Position numbers and translations under genes: made by a program
Assembly: GCA_021163645.1 (NCBI GenBank)
Contig: JAGGTN010000017.1
Location: forward strand, 1 to 39,428
From: Candidatus Micrarchaeota archaeon
GTDB lineage: Archaea > Micrarchaeota > Micrarchaeia > Anstonellales > JAGGTN01
Direction: 5' to 3'
DNA length: 39,428 nucleotides
Notes under the pieces: generated by a model
The model's database searches: none
What the model was told of the DNA's origin: nothing
The model's input: the letters and a program-made list of their open reading frames with translations, nothing else
Shown: positions 10,048-20,644 of the stretch, in pieces
Position numbering within the stretch: the first letter of the stretch is position 1
Layout: every line of letters begins with the position of its first letter

Positions 10048-11127
10048 ATGGTATTAGTATATAAGATAAAAAAAATGAATGCTCAAGAATTGAAACACAT
10101 CATCCCAATAGATTACTCATATAAACCAGAAACAAATAAAAATTATGTTTATTTTGCAGTAGATAAAAAACAAGATTACATAAAAATATTAAAAGACATT
10201 AAAAAGAAGATGCAAATACAACAAAAAGATGTCATTACCCTTGCAGATAAAAAACTTAAAAAAATAGAAAAGAAGCCACATAGCATAAAGGAGATACTTA
10301 AAAACAAAGGTATCAATATAGACATTTCATCTTTTGAGGTAATAAAAGACATAGCAATAATTGATATTCCGAAAAAGCTCAATATTAAAAAGGAAACAAT
10401 GAATGAAATTGCTGATGCAATCATGAGAGTTCACCCTCATGTTAAAACTGTCTTACGCAAGGCAAGTGCGATGGAAGGAGAATGGAGGGTAAGAAGATTA
10501 GAACTGATAAAAGGAGAGGAGAAAACAATTACAACATACATTGAAAACGGATGTAGATTTAAGGTAGACCTTTCAAAGATGTATTATTCAACACGGCTAT
10601 CTCCAGAACGCATGCGGATTGCCAAACTTGTTCAAGAATCCAAAAAGAACGAACAGATACTAATTCCATTTGCGGGATATGGGCCTTTTGCCATAACGAT
10701 AGCTAAATACAACCCATCATGTAGAATTGCTGGAATTGAAATAAATCCATATGCTGTAGAATATTTTAAAGAAAACATCAGACTAAACAAACTTGAAAAT
10801 ATCGATGTATACGAAGGTGATGCGCGGGCAATAGTTAAAACCAAATTTAATAGTTGGGCGGACAGGATAATCATGCCTCTCCCAAAAAATACAATTGATT
10901 ACCTATCGGATATAATCATAGGAGCAAAGGGTGAATCTATCATTCACGTATACGCATTCTCAGATAGAGAGAGGATGTTTAAAGACGTTGAAGAAAAACT
11001 AGATAAAAAGATAGGAAAGGAATATGATTATCAAATCATCAATAAAAGAATAGTAAGACCTTATTCTCCATTTGTATCTCAAGTTGTTATGGATATTAAA
11101 ATAAGACGAAAAAATAGGCAACTTTAA
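10048..11127 (+). CDS. trm5: Trm5-family tRNA (G37-N1/wyosine pathway) methyltransferase
   Basis: SFEVIKDIAII, GEWRVRRLE, ENGCRFKVD, YYSTRLSPER, FAGYGPF, EINP, DRIIMPLP. Confidence 0.92.
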   Translation: MVLVYKIKKMNAQELKHIIPIDYSYKPETNKNYVYFAVDKKQDYIKILKDIKKKMQIQQKDVITLADKKLKKIEKKPHSIKEILKNKGINIDISSFEVIKDIAIIDIPKKLNIKKETMNEIADAIMRVHPHVKTVLRKASAMEGEWRVRRLELIKGEEKTITTYIENGCRFKVDLSKMYYSTRLSPERMRIAKLVQESKKNEQILIPFAGYGPFAITIAKYNPSCRIAGIEINPYAVEYFKENIRLNKLENIDVYEGDARAIVKTKFNSWADRIIMPLPKNTIDYLSDIIIGAKGESIIHVYAFSDRERMFKDVEEKLDKKIGKEYDYQIINKRIVRPYSPFVSQVVMDIKIRRKNRQL

Positions 11128-11362
11128 CCCTTGTACTATCATTATTGGTAAAAATTTTTAATTGTAAACAAACAAAGAAGAATACAAAAGGATTATAAAC
11201 ATGATTATACATAAAATAATAACATTAAGTAAAATCAGAAACGTGAATTTAAATTTAGGAGCATATTACATGAACCTGCGGTTCATGGCTATCCAGAAAA
11301 ACTGGATATTACATGGTTTATACTTTATACTCAATCAAGAGATATAACAATATGGTGATTTT

Positions 11363-11923
11363 ATGAATAAGGGATTGAAAAGCATATTTACTAAAAAGGA
11401 TATGGAATTGCCTTTTAACAAGAGCAGAAAAAGAAGGTTCAATGACTTTATTAAAATACCTCTTCTGATAGGCATGCTAGGTTATACAATAATGACGTCT
11501 ACTAACTGCGCTGGAAAACTTGAATATAGAAGGAATGATATTATTGAAAAAAAGAAGGTTGGATACATCAAAAATAATGATTTCAGAATGTTCTTCAAAA
11601 ATTTCCTTAAGCTAGCACGCAAACAACATCATGCTAAAAAGGTATGGGTACTGATTCAAGATAAAACTGACCTTAATAAATTAAGAACAGATCTCTATTA
11701 CGCACTTAAAAAAGAAAACTACAAAATCACAGATTATGATGAGATTGATGGCATGTCAATATTAAACATAAAAAGAGAAGGAAAAGAGTACAGTTTAAAG
11801 ATAATATTTGGTAAATCATATAAATACATTTACTATGGTAGTATTGGGCAAGGATCAATAATATCACAACCAATAATTGGGTATAAATGTGCAGTGATCA
11901 AAGCTGAAATAAACGAAAAATAA
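11363..11923 (+). CDS. Hypothetical membrane-anchored or lipoprotein-like basic protein
   Basis: Hydrophobic stretch ending in NCAG; GGTGA RBS upstream. Confidence 0.6.
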   Translation: MNKGLKSIFTKKDMELPFNKSRKRRFNDFIKIPLLIGMLGYTIMTSTNCAGKLEYRRNDIIEKKKVGYIKNNDFRMFFKNFLKLARKQHHAKKVWVLIQDKTDLNKLRTDLYYALKKENYKITDYDEIDGMSILNIKREGKEYSLKIIFGKSYKYIYYGSIGQGSIISQPIIGYKCAVIKAEINEK

Positions 11924-11932
11924 CAATAAAAA

Positions 11933-14602
11933 TCAATCATCAAACATGAACAAGGTCGTTTGTCCGCTATACTTCTTTTTCTTTTCTTCTTCTGGATCTC
12001 TTGTTTCTAATTTGATATTAAAATTCTGTTTGAGTTCTTTGTCTTCTCTCTCAAGCAATGTCAGGGGTATTTGATTGAGAGCTTCTTTATGCACGTTATC
12101 ATTTTGCTCTAGAATATTAGCTATCTCCATCGAACGAATGATTACATCTCTCGGTATCCCAGCGAGCTTAGCAACATGAATACCATAACTCTTATCTGTC
12201 CCGCCCCTTACAAGCTTATGTAAAAATACTACATCGGCACCAGAATCCTCAACAGCAACATTATAATTAACTATATTATCATATTTTAAAGATAATAAAT
12301 TTAATAGATGATAATGCGTTGCAAACATGGTTTTACACCTTATTTTGGTAGATAGATATTCTGAAATCGCCCACGCCAACGCCATGCCATCATAAGTTGA
12401 TGTGCCCCTTCCAATTTCATCAAGAATAACCAGTGACCGTTCTGTTGCATTATTGAGGATGTTAGCCGTTTCTACCATTTCCATCATAAATGTTGATTGG
12501 CCTCTCGTTATATCATCCCTTGCCCCAACACGTGTGAATATTCTATCAGTAATTCCTATTATAGCTTTTTCAGCAGGGACGAAACTACCCATGTGAGCCA
12601 TCAGAGTTATCAAAGCAATCTGCCGAAGAATAGTTGATTTGCCAGCCATGTTGGGACCGGTAACAATCGCCACCAATTCTTTGTTATTAAGATGAATATC
12701 ATTAGGAATAAACGCATCCACCATTCGTTCAACAACTGGATGTCTTCCTTTATAGATATCAATAATGTTCTCCTCTGTTATAACAGGCCGTGTATAACCA
12801 TACAATCTAGATACATAAGATAATGATTGATATGTATCAAATTCACCTAACCATAAACTCAATCTTTTTATCACATCACTATATTCTGAGATTTCATCTA
12901 ATATTTTCATAAAGAGATTATACTCTACAGATTTTATCCGTTCTTCTGCATTAAATACCATTGCTTCCTTTTCTTTGAGTTCAGGAGTTATGAACCTTTC
13001 ACTGTTTAACTGCGTCTGCCTACGGATATAGTAATCTGGAATTTTGATTTTACTAAGCTGTGATTTTGATATTTCAATATAATATCCAATTATTTTATTA
13101 TAGCCTACTTTGAGCTTTGACAGACCTAATTTTTGACGCTCTTCTTGCTCAAGTTTAGACAACCATGACTTTGTATTATGAATTACCTCTCTCAATTCAT
13201 CAAGTTCCTTACTATAACCTGACTTGATTACATTGCCATCACGAACAAAGGATGGAGGATCATCATTAATACCCTCATCAATTATCCTTTCTATCTTATC
13301 CAATATTTTAGTATCAATGTTTTCTGGGCCTAATAATCTTCTTGGTAATCTGTATTTCCTTGATAACGTATCAGACAAATCCTTTTGACTTCGCTTCTGC
13401 ATTGTTATCGTCAATATTTTGATAAGTGATTTAAAATTCACTAACGAATCTCTAAGAGCAATGAGATCACGTGGTGAAGCAGTACTTAAGCTTATTCGCG
13501 TCGCTATTCGCTCCAAATCATAAAATCCTTTCATAGATTCTCGAATCTTGTCAAGAAGTATCGGATCTCCTACCAATGATTCTACACAATCTAATCTTTC
13601 CTCAATCTTATTGATGTTCTTAATAGGTGATAAAACCCATTTCCTAATCATCCTAGAACCCATAGGGGTTATAGTTTCATCTATCACTGATAAGAGCGTT
13701 CCATGTTTAGATCCATCTATTTGATTCTTCACCAAATCAAGATTCCTCTGAGTTATAGCATCAACTATCATATCGTTCCCTGGAGAATAATATGAAATCT
13801 TATTGAGATGTTTAATCGGTTTGCCAAGAAGGGTATACTCCATATAAGATAACAACCCCCCAATCGCACTCAACGCTAATGGTTTATCTCCTATTCCAAA
13901 CGCAGCAGGATTATCTACATTGAGATGTTTTTTAATAAGATATTTTGCATTTTCAACATCAAATTTGTAACTTTCAATATAGGTTGGTTTTATACCATAC
14001 TCATCTATCAGCTTCTTTCTCAATTTCTCCCTCAATCCATCACCATTTGATTTATCATCTGGGAGAAGTAGTTCCCTAGGTGAAAATCGTTCTATCTCAG
14101 TATCGACATCATTAAGACTGTCAAGCTCTGTCGCATATAACTCACCTGTTGAAAAATCAGAGATTCCTATACCATATACATGATTATCTCCCTTCTCCTT
14201 TGACGGTCCTACGATGGATAAGATATAATTGTTATTCTTACTAAGGAAATTTGACTCAAAAAGAGTTCCTGGTGTAACTACCCTAACAACACCTCTTTTA
14301 ACCAATCCCTTAGCTTTCTTCGGATCCTCAAGCTGTTCACAGATAGCAACCTTATATCCCTTTACGATAAGCTTGCTTAGGTATGTATCCAAAGCACGAT
14401 ATGGTATCCCAGCAAGAGGTGCTTTCTTATCCCCTTTCCCACGAGACGTTAGCACTATTTGAAGCTCTCTTGAAACTATCTTCGCATCATCGTAAAACGT
14501 CTCATAAAAATCTCCCATCCTGAACAAAACTAAGCAGTCAGGGAATTTATTCTTAACATCCCAATACTGCCTCATGCCAGGAGTAAAATTAGAACTAACC
14601 AT
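11933..14602 (-). CDS. mutS: DNA mismatch repair protein MutS (MutS1)
   Basis: TPGMRQYWDVK, FRMGDFYETF (Phe-X-Glu), TGPNMAGKST, STFMMEM, LDEIGRGTST, ATHYH, SYGIHVAKLAG. Confidence 0.97.
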   Translation of the reverse strand: MVSSNFTPGMRQYWDVKNKFPDCLVLFRMGDFYETFYDDAKIVSRELQIVLTSRGKGDKKAPLAGIPYRALDTYLSKLIVKGYKVAICEQLEDPKKAKGLVKRGVVRVVTPGTLFESNFLSKNNNYILSIVGPSKEKGDNHVYGIGISDFSTGELYATELDSLNDVDTEIERFSPRELLLPDDKSNGDGLREKLRKKLIDEYGIKPTYIESYKFDVENAKYLIKKHLNVDNPAAFGIGDKPLALSAIGGLLSYMEYTLLGKPIKHLNKISYYSPGNDMIVDAITQRNLDLVKNQIDGSKHGTLLSVIDETITPMGSRMIRKWVLSPIKNINKIEERLDCVESLVGDPILLDKIRESMKGFYDLERIATRISLSTASPRDLIALRDSLVNFKSLIKILTITMQKRSQKDLSDTLSRKYRLPRRLLGPENIDTKILDKIERIIDEGINDDPPSFVRDGNVIKSGYSKELDELREVIHNTKSWLSKLEQEERQKLGLSKLKVGYNKIIGYYIEISKSQLSKIKIPDYYIRRQTQLNSERFITPELKEKEAMVFNAEERIKSVEYNLFMKILDEISEYSDVIKRLSLWLGEFDTYQSLSYVSRLYGYTRPVITEENIIDIYKGRHPVVERMVDAFIPNDIHLNNKELVAIVTGPNMAGKSTILRQIALITLMAHMGSFVPAEKAIIGITDRIFTRVGARDDITRGQSTFMMEMVETANILNNATERSLVILDEIGRGTSTYDGMALAWAISEYLSTKIRCKTMFATHYHLLNLLSLKYDNIVNYNVAVEDSGADVVFLHKLVRGGTDKSYGIHVAKLAGIPRDVIIRSMEIANILEQNDNVHKEALNQIPLTLLEREDKELKQNFNIKLETRDPEEEKKKKYSGQTTLFMFDD

Positions 14603-14730
14603 AAGTTAGATTATATATAAAATGGCTTAAAAAGGTTGCTAAATCATAGCAATTAGAGTAAGTGTTTAAAATTTTCCTATTATCCTTATTTTTCATTATG
14701 CAAAGCAAAAACCATTTGTATCCAGTCAGA

Positions 14731-14952
14731 TTGGCTTATATTGGTTTTTATTGGGTTGGTTCTTTTTTTGTTTTGTTTGGTTTGGTTGATTGGTTGGACT
14801 TGGATTGGATTGATTTGGTTTGGGGCTTGGTGATTTGTTTGTTGGGTTTGTTTAGTTTTTGTTTGGGTTCTTTTTTGGGTTGGGTCGGAATTGGGTTGGA
14901 TTGGTTTGGTTTTGTTTGGTTTGGGGTTTGATTGGGTTGGTGATTGGATTTG
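14731..14952. repeat. G/T-rich mosaic repeat tract A (TTGG/TTGGG/TTGGA modules)
   Basis: Shares an exact 40-nt inverted block with 23359-23398 and an exact 31-nt direct block with 35499-35529. Confidence 0.85.
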
Positions 14953-15082
14953 CCATCATAAAATTGGCGAATAAATGAGAAGGGTTTTACGCGTTGTTCC
15001 AACACCTTAAAATCATAAAAATCAGTTGAATTAAATATAAAAAATTTAAATGTTTACTATATATATCGCGCTCGCATAGATT

Positions 15083-16402
15083 TCACATCGGTGGTATCTT
15101 AAACTTACCTGATTTCAACATCTTCTGGATATTACCGCGCATACTACGATTCCTTTTCATCATATTCAACATCTTCCTCATCTTTTCAAATTCCCTTATC
15201 ATAGATTTCACGTTTTCTGGTGGGACCCCTGAGCCTTTTGCTATTCGCTCTATACGGGTACGTGAATGCTTAATAAGATTGACATCTTTTTTCTCATCAG
15301 GAGTCATTGAGTTTATCATCGCCTCATACCTTTTGAGTTTGAGCTCGCTCTGATCCATCAATTCTTTCGGCACATCAGGCGCGCCAAACATTCCCATAAC
15401 TTTCTTAAGTGGACCCATCTTCTTAGCTGCTTTTAGTTGCTGATAAAACGTTTCAAAATTAAGCTCTTCTATGGATTCTGGTTTTATTTGCTCTTCCTCA
15501 GCAATCTTCTTTGCTTTTTCAAGCAGTGATTCAAAATCAGGGATACCCAACAACCTACCAACGAACTTTTTAGAATCATAAACCTCAATATCTCCTATTT
15601 TCTCACCATGACCTAGAAATGCAATATGCGCACCTGAATGTGCTACAGCACTTAACGCACCTCCTCCTTTTGCACTACCATCAATCTTAGTCACAATAAC
15701 CCCATTAATTCCAATAGCAGTATTAAATTGTTCTGCCTGTTTACCCGCCACCTGACCTATATCTGCACTAACTACAAGGAACTTTTTATCCGGCTTAAAC
15801 TCATCATTAATGATACGCAACTCCTCAACGAGCTTATCATCAAAAGCACTCCTCCCTGCAGAATCTAGAAGGATCACATCCTCCTTTGCATTCTTCAAAG
15901 CATATCGAACTATCGTTCTGACATCTGTTTCACCTTTAATACCATAGAAAGCGCAAGGGACCTGCTTTGATAATTGCTCCAGCTGTTCATAAGCAGCGGG
16001 TCTATCAACATCACATGCCACCAAAGCAGTGGTAAGCCCTTTTGACTTATAATAATAAGCCAACTTAGCTGCTGTCGTTGTTTTACCAGACCCATACAAA
16101 CCGCATAGGAGAATTTTCTGTTTTCTTAGTTCAGGTTTATAGGACTCACCAAGAAACTTTACAAGTTCATCATAAACAACCTTAAGGACATGCTCTCTCA
16201 TTGTTAAGCCTTTTAATAACCTTTCATCAAGAGCATTTTTCTCAATCTGTTTAGTCAATTCAAAAACCAATTTAACATTAACATCTGCAGATATTAAGAC
16301 ACGTTGGAGTTCTTTCACAACCTGTTTAACTACTCTTGCATCTACTATCGGTGCGCCTGAAATCCGCGCAAGAATATTTCTTAATCCCCTCCCTAAATCC
16401 AT
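15083..16402 (-). CDS. srp54: Signal recognition particle protein SRP54
   Basis: ADVNV, GLYGSGKTTT, DSAGR, TKIDGSAKGGGALS, M-domain MINSMT...RIAKGSG. Confidence 0.97.
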   Translation of the reverse strand: MDLGRGLRNILARISGAPIVDARVVKQVVKELQRVLISADVNVKLVFELTKQIEKNALDERLLKGLTMREHVLKVVYDELVKFLGESYKPELRKQKILLCGLYGSGKTTTAAKLAYYYKSKGLTTALVACDVDRPAAYEQLEQLSKQVPCAFYGIKGETDVRTIVRYALKNAKEDVILLDSAGRSAFDDKLVEELRIINDEFKPDKKFLVVSADIGQVAGKQAEQFNTAIGINGVIVTKIDGSAKGGGALSAVAHSGAHIAFLGHGEKIGDIEVYDSKKFVGRLLGIPDFESLLEKAKKIAEEEQIKPESIEELNFETFYQQLKAAKKMGPLKKVMGMFGAPDVPKELMDQSELKLKRYEAMINSMTPDEKKDVNLIKHSRTRIERIAKGSGVPPENVKSMIREFEKMRKMLNMMKRNRSMRGNIQKMLKSGKFKIPPM

Positions 16403-16430
16403 TTAATCACTCATTGTATCTAAATAATTC

Positions 16431-16500
16431 ATCAATCATTTCATCATCCATCACAAGCCAAACCAACCAAACCAAAGAAAAAAATTAATCAACCAGCAAA
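16431..16500. repeat. A/C-rich mosaic repeat tract B (short copy)
   Basis: ATCAATCATTTCATCAT leader shared with 23232-23248, followed by CCAAACCAACC modules. Confidence 0.6.
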
Positions 16501-16628
16501 TTGCAAAACCAACATCGCTTAATGGTCAATCCCACAAAAAACAAAAAAGTTACTTCAATCTGAATGTTGAGCATTATCAACCGATTTGATAACTATAATT
16601 TAAAAATCAAATTTTAAAAATCAATCGC

Positions 16629-17777
16629 TTAGCGGTTCAAAACAATAGCAGCCTTATGGCATATCAAATACATCGCGTAGTACAAAGGAGCCCTGACTGT
16701 TTTACCTATTGGTATTGGAGCAAATGTTTGGTCATTAAGGACCAGTTTTGGAACCTCCTCAATTATCTTTATCTTGATTTCTTCACTCCCATCAACACCT
16801 GTCTTGCCATAACCTCCAAAAACAACAGCATGTTTCAGAGGATCAAATTTATCAAGGGCAGATACCTTAAACTTAACTGCGCATAAACTGCTACCACCAT
16901 GAAGTGTATTAGGCACTCTTATAAGTCGATGGATATCAGTGGTCACTTGAGTATCAATATCATCAGAAAACCTGATACTTACCTTATTGATTACCTCTTT
17001 TAATTTATCCTTATTATCCATTACAAGAGACCAATTACCATGCGCTAATGTTCGATGCCATGCATCAACAAAATCCTTTACCTTAGCTTTCCGTGGCCTA
17101 AACATCTCTGGATGATTATAAACATATTTTGCAATCCTCCCACGCCACCCTTTCTGATTCGTATCTGGGCCTATGTATCTCCCTTTACCTTTATCATAAA
17201 TGAACGCATTCACATCCAACATAGTCCCCTGTATGTAATCAACTATCTGCCTTCTTGCATCTGAACTAAGTTGTATAACCCTGTCATCATTAAGATGAAC
17301 ATGATACCCTTTCCCTCCACTAAAGTTTATAGATAAATCCTTCTTTGAATATCCAAAATCAGAAATAAGGAATTCCTCAATTAACCTTATCGTCCTATTC
17401 TTAACCTCTTCTAACTGTTCTTCGGTAGGGAATCTTCGCCCACCAAGATCAGCATCCAAATCAAATACAATATCAGCACCTTGCCAATTCTTAGCTTCCA
17501 TTGGTCTGTTGGATGGAAATTCATAATAAGCAGTAGAATAAGAGATATATAAAGGAGTATCTTCAATTAAATACGTCCTCAATTTATCAACGGAATCAAA
17601 AGACATGTGGCGCACAGCAATCTTTTTTTCCCAATTGCCAACCCCAAACTCCCTTTTATCAATATCAGGAACACTAACCACATACCTTTTATAAAATTCA
17701 GAAAATTTATATTTAACAAACTTTATCGTATCCCAAACATCTTTGCTCTTATTTTCTTTACTTATCATAAAAATCAC
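16629..17777 (-). CDS. priS: DNA primase small (catalytic) subunit
   Basis: REFG, VFDLDAD, FSGGKGYHVH, IDTQVTTDIHRLIRVPNTLHG. Confidence 0.96.
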   Translation of the reverse strand: MIFMISKENKSKDVWDTIKFVKYKFSEFYKRYVVSVPDIDKREFGVGNWEKKIAVRHMSFDSVDKLRTYLIEDTPLYISYSTAYYEFPSNRPMEAKNWQGADIVFDLDADLGGRRFPTEEQLEEVKNRTIRLIEEFLISDFGYSKKDLSINFSGGKGYHVHLNDDRVIQLSSDARRQIVDYIQGTMLDVNAFIYDKGKGRYIGPDTNQKGWRGRIAKYVYNHPEMFRPRKAKVKDFVDAWHRTLAHGNWSLVMDNKDKLKEVINKVSIRFSDDIDTQVTTDIHRLIRVPNTLHGGSSLCAVKFKVSALDKFDPLKHAVVFGGYGKTGVDGSEEIKIKIIEEVPKLVLNDQTFAPIPIGKTVRAPLYYAMYLICHKAAIVLNR

Positions 17778-17790
17778 TCATAAATCATTT

Positions 17791-18822
17791 TTAAGTTTTT
17801 TGCTTTTTATTTTTACTCTTCTTGTTTTTATCTATCATAGATGCTTTCTTTCTATATTTTAATGGTGAAGAAATACCACATTCTGCTACGCATAATCCAT
17901 ATGTTTTCATACTTTTACAGCTAGGCATACCATAATTCCTTTTGATAAGATAATCCAATTGATACTCTGTTATATTAATGTCAAAATTTGGTGCTAATGA
18001 AAATAATCTTATTATCGAATCTTTGCTCATCTTTTTTTTATTGAGATAAACTGCGAGCGCCCATCTTTCAATATGAGATAATTTTTTATGTGCTTTTAAA
18101 TCATCGATTAATCTTTTGATACAAGGGGGGATAGAATATTTAACATTTGCATCTGCTGGTTTGGGCAAATTTGATTCAATTTCTTTCTGAAGCTTTTCTG
18201 ATAACCTTATTATATTATCAGGTAAAGATACATTCCTTGGTAACATAGCCACGCGTTTATGTATTGCCTGCTCGATAAGAAAATATCGTTCATTTTCAGT
18301 TATATATACATACCCACCATACAACTGTTTATTGCTTAACGAATACTTTGAAATATTCGGAGCTATAGAAACATACTGCGTATAATGAATTTTATATCCA
18401 ATTTTGGCCTTTATGAAATCAAGATTCAAATCATCAAGCAGACGTGAAACATACCGTATAAGCTTTTCATCTCTCTCATCAGAACGAAAATATTTCATAC
18501 ACCTTTTCGCATAATAACTAGAAAATCTACTAGTATAATAAGGGTTATCCAACAGGGATAATAACATTCTAGATATTGGATAAATCAACAACTTTTTTTT
18601 AATATCATCATCCGACAATGCAGTGAAAGGTTCCATCTTGATATCCGTCAACCTTTTATTCTCATAATCTTTTCTTGTAATCCCAGTAAAGACAAGTTGA
18701 TACGCAGAATTGATTATCTGACTATCACTAAATACATTAATATTTTTAATAAACGATTTGATATCATCATCCTTACTTACAAAAGGATATTTTGCATAAA
18801 AGATTAGTTCTTCTCTTCTCAT
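17791..18822 (-). CDS. priL: DNA primase large subunit
   Basis: AKYPF N-terminus; PPCIK...MPSCKSMKTYGLCVAECG Fe-S cysteines; adjacent to priS. Confidence 0.9.
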   Translation of the reverse strand: MRREELIFYAKYPFVSKDDDIKSFIKNINVFSDSQIINSAYQLVFTGITRKDYENKRLTDIKMEPFTALSDDDIKKKLLIYPISRMLLSLLDNPYYTSRFSSYYAKRCMKYFRSDERDEKLIRYVSRLLDDLNLDFIKAKIGYKIHYTQYVSIAPNISKYSLSNKQLYGGYVYITENERYFLIEQAIHKRVAMLPRNVSLPDNIIRLSEKLQKEIESNLPKPADANVKYSIPPCIKRLIDDLKAHKKLSHIERWALAVYLNKKKMSKDSIIRLFSLAPNFDINITEYQLDYLIKRNYGMPSCKSMKTYGLCVAECGISSPLKYRKKASMIDKNKKSKNKKQKT

Positions 18823-18905
18823 GATATCGCCTTTGATAACATTGAAACGATAAATTCAATAAATCTGATAAATCCGACAGATTCCTATTAAAATCGTATT
18901 ATAAA

Positions 18906-20606
18906 TTATTCATTTTTTTCTATCATGTTATCAATCATTTTAGAAATTTCAACCTTCTTCTTACTCATTTTATTCACATCTCTCTTAACCTGTTTTAACG
19001 AAGAGGATGCATTAATGAGTTCTTTTACTTGTTTATCACCTTTAAGCGACCGAAGTAAATTTATCTTTTTCTGTATCTCTTTTAACTGGTAAAGAATACT
19101 ATTCTTTTCGTTATCAACCTCTTTCATCAAAAGAAGCATATTCTTGAGATTATCTTTTACTGCTATGAGTTGATTATATTCTCTGGATAATGTTTCAAGT
19201 TCTTTTATTTTTTTATCAAAGCCAGCTGTATTCTTTTTAATCAAATCATCGGATTTCTTTATGGTTTCATTCAAGTTTATAATATCATTAGCTACGCTCT
19301 TACGTAGATTTTCTAATGAATTATTATAATAAATTACTTGTGATTTCAATGAATTGTAATTTTCAATGAAAGGAGAAATCTCACCTATCATTTTATCCAT
19401 CTCCTGTTTAATCTGATCTACAGAAATTTTTAAATCAGACTTCATCTTATATACATGGTTCAATAGAACATCAAGATCATTCTTAATCTTATTCGTTTTC
19501 TTCTCAATCCTTGATACATCTTTGATAGATTCCTTTGCCTTTTTATAATCCAACAGTAATTTATCTATGTGTTCTATATCCTTCTCGACTTGCCCTGTTA
19601 ATTTACGAATGTCTGACATTCTAAGTTTAAGATACGAATCATTTAATTGTTTCAATTCATAGGAAAGTTTTTTCTTTCTTCCTTCCACGTCATTTATCTG
19701 CTTTCTTATTTGGGCAATCGTCCCTGATAACTTATCCAACCGATTATTAAGTTTATCGATATAACTATTTACATTTTTCGCTTTAAATTGTTTTACAAAA
19801 TTATTGATTTCATTCTCCTTATTAACTATTCGGCTTATCTTATATTCCAGCCCTTTCTTCATAATTACAAGTTCATTTACAACTTCGTTAGATTTATAAA
19901 GGGCGGGTAGGAGATTATTCATTTCTGAAACACGTTTGTTTATCTCTTTTATATCCATTTCCAATTCCGAATACCTATTAAACATATTGCTTATTTTTTC
20001 ATCAAATTCATCTCGTATCTTATTTATCGTCCTTATTTGCCTATGTTTTTTCTCAAAATCATCAAACTTCGATTGCAATCTGTTTAACTCACCCACCGAT
20101 TTACTAATCTTCTCTTCCAATTCATCATAACTGATTTTGATACGCGTGAGTTCCATTCTAGGAGCTTCTATATATTCACTAAGTTTTTTCTTAGCTTTTC
20201 GCAACTTATCTATCCTATCATACAAGTCACCGTACTGTTTATCAAATGTCTTAAGAAATTTTTTAATCTCAGATTCTGATTTGGATACATCCTCTGCATG
20301 CATTTCAACAGTTGAAATAAGCCTTGCAACCTGTGAAGATAATAGTTGTATCTGCTCTCCAACATTACCTATCCTCTTTAATATCTCTTTTTCTGATTTT
20401 GCAGTCCATACCAGATACGCATGGGTGAACTGATATTTGATTTTTATAATTCCCTGACTTTCAAGAATTGATGACCAGTCCTCAACAACATCTACCGGTA
20501 AACCCAATAATGCAGCTGCATCTTCTATTTCAATCTTCTTCTTTTCATGAATCAATCGTATTAACGAATCTATACCTGTAGTTATCAGAATATCACCTGT
20601 TGCCAT
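18906..20606 (-). CDS. Long coiled-coil protein with N-terminal winged-helix-like domain
   Basis: TTGIDSLIRLI...AAALLGLPVDVVEDWSSILESQGII followed by about 480 aa of heptad pattern; no Walker motifs. Confidence 0.75.
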   Translation of the reverse strand: MATGDILITTGIDSLIRLIHEKKKIEIEDAAALLGLPVDVVEDWSSILESQGIIKIKYQFTHAYLVWTAKSEKEILKRIGNVGEQIQLLSSQVARLISTVEMHAEDVSKSESEIKKFLKTFDKQYGDLYDRIDKLRKAKKKLSEYIEAPRMELTRIKISYDELEEKISKSVGELNRLQSKFDDFEKKHRQIRTINKIRDEFDEKISNMFNRYSELEMDIKEINKRVSEMNNLLPALYKSNEVVNELVIMKKGLEYKISRIVNKENEINNFVKQFKAKNVNSYIDKLNNRLDKLSGTIAQIRKQINDVEGRKKKLSYELKQLNDSYLKLRMSDIRKLTGQVEKDIEHIDKLLLDYKKAKESIKDVSRIEKKTNKIKNDLDVLLNHVYKMKSDLKISVDQIKQEMDKMIGEISPFIENYNSLKSQVIYYNNSLENLRKSVANDIINLNETIKKSDDLIKKNTAGFDKKIKELETLSREYNQLIAVKDNLKNMLLLMKEVDNEKNSILYQLKEIQKKINLLRSLKGDKQVKELINASSSLKQVKRDVNKMSKKKVEISKMIDNMIEKNE

Positions 20607-20644
20607 ACAGTATGAATAGATTATAAGAATTATAAATATTACTA

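Noticed and set aside
14662-15005. ORFs 14662-14931 (+) and 14748-15005 (-)
   Set aside because: Translations (W/G/F/L-rich or P/N/Q/K-rich) are by-products of the G/T repeat tract.
18906-20606. SMC/Rad50 ATPase
   Set aside because: No Walker A/B, signature motif, hinge or CxxC hook.
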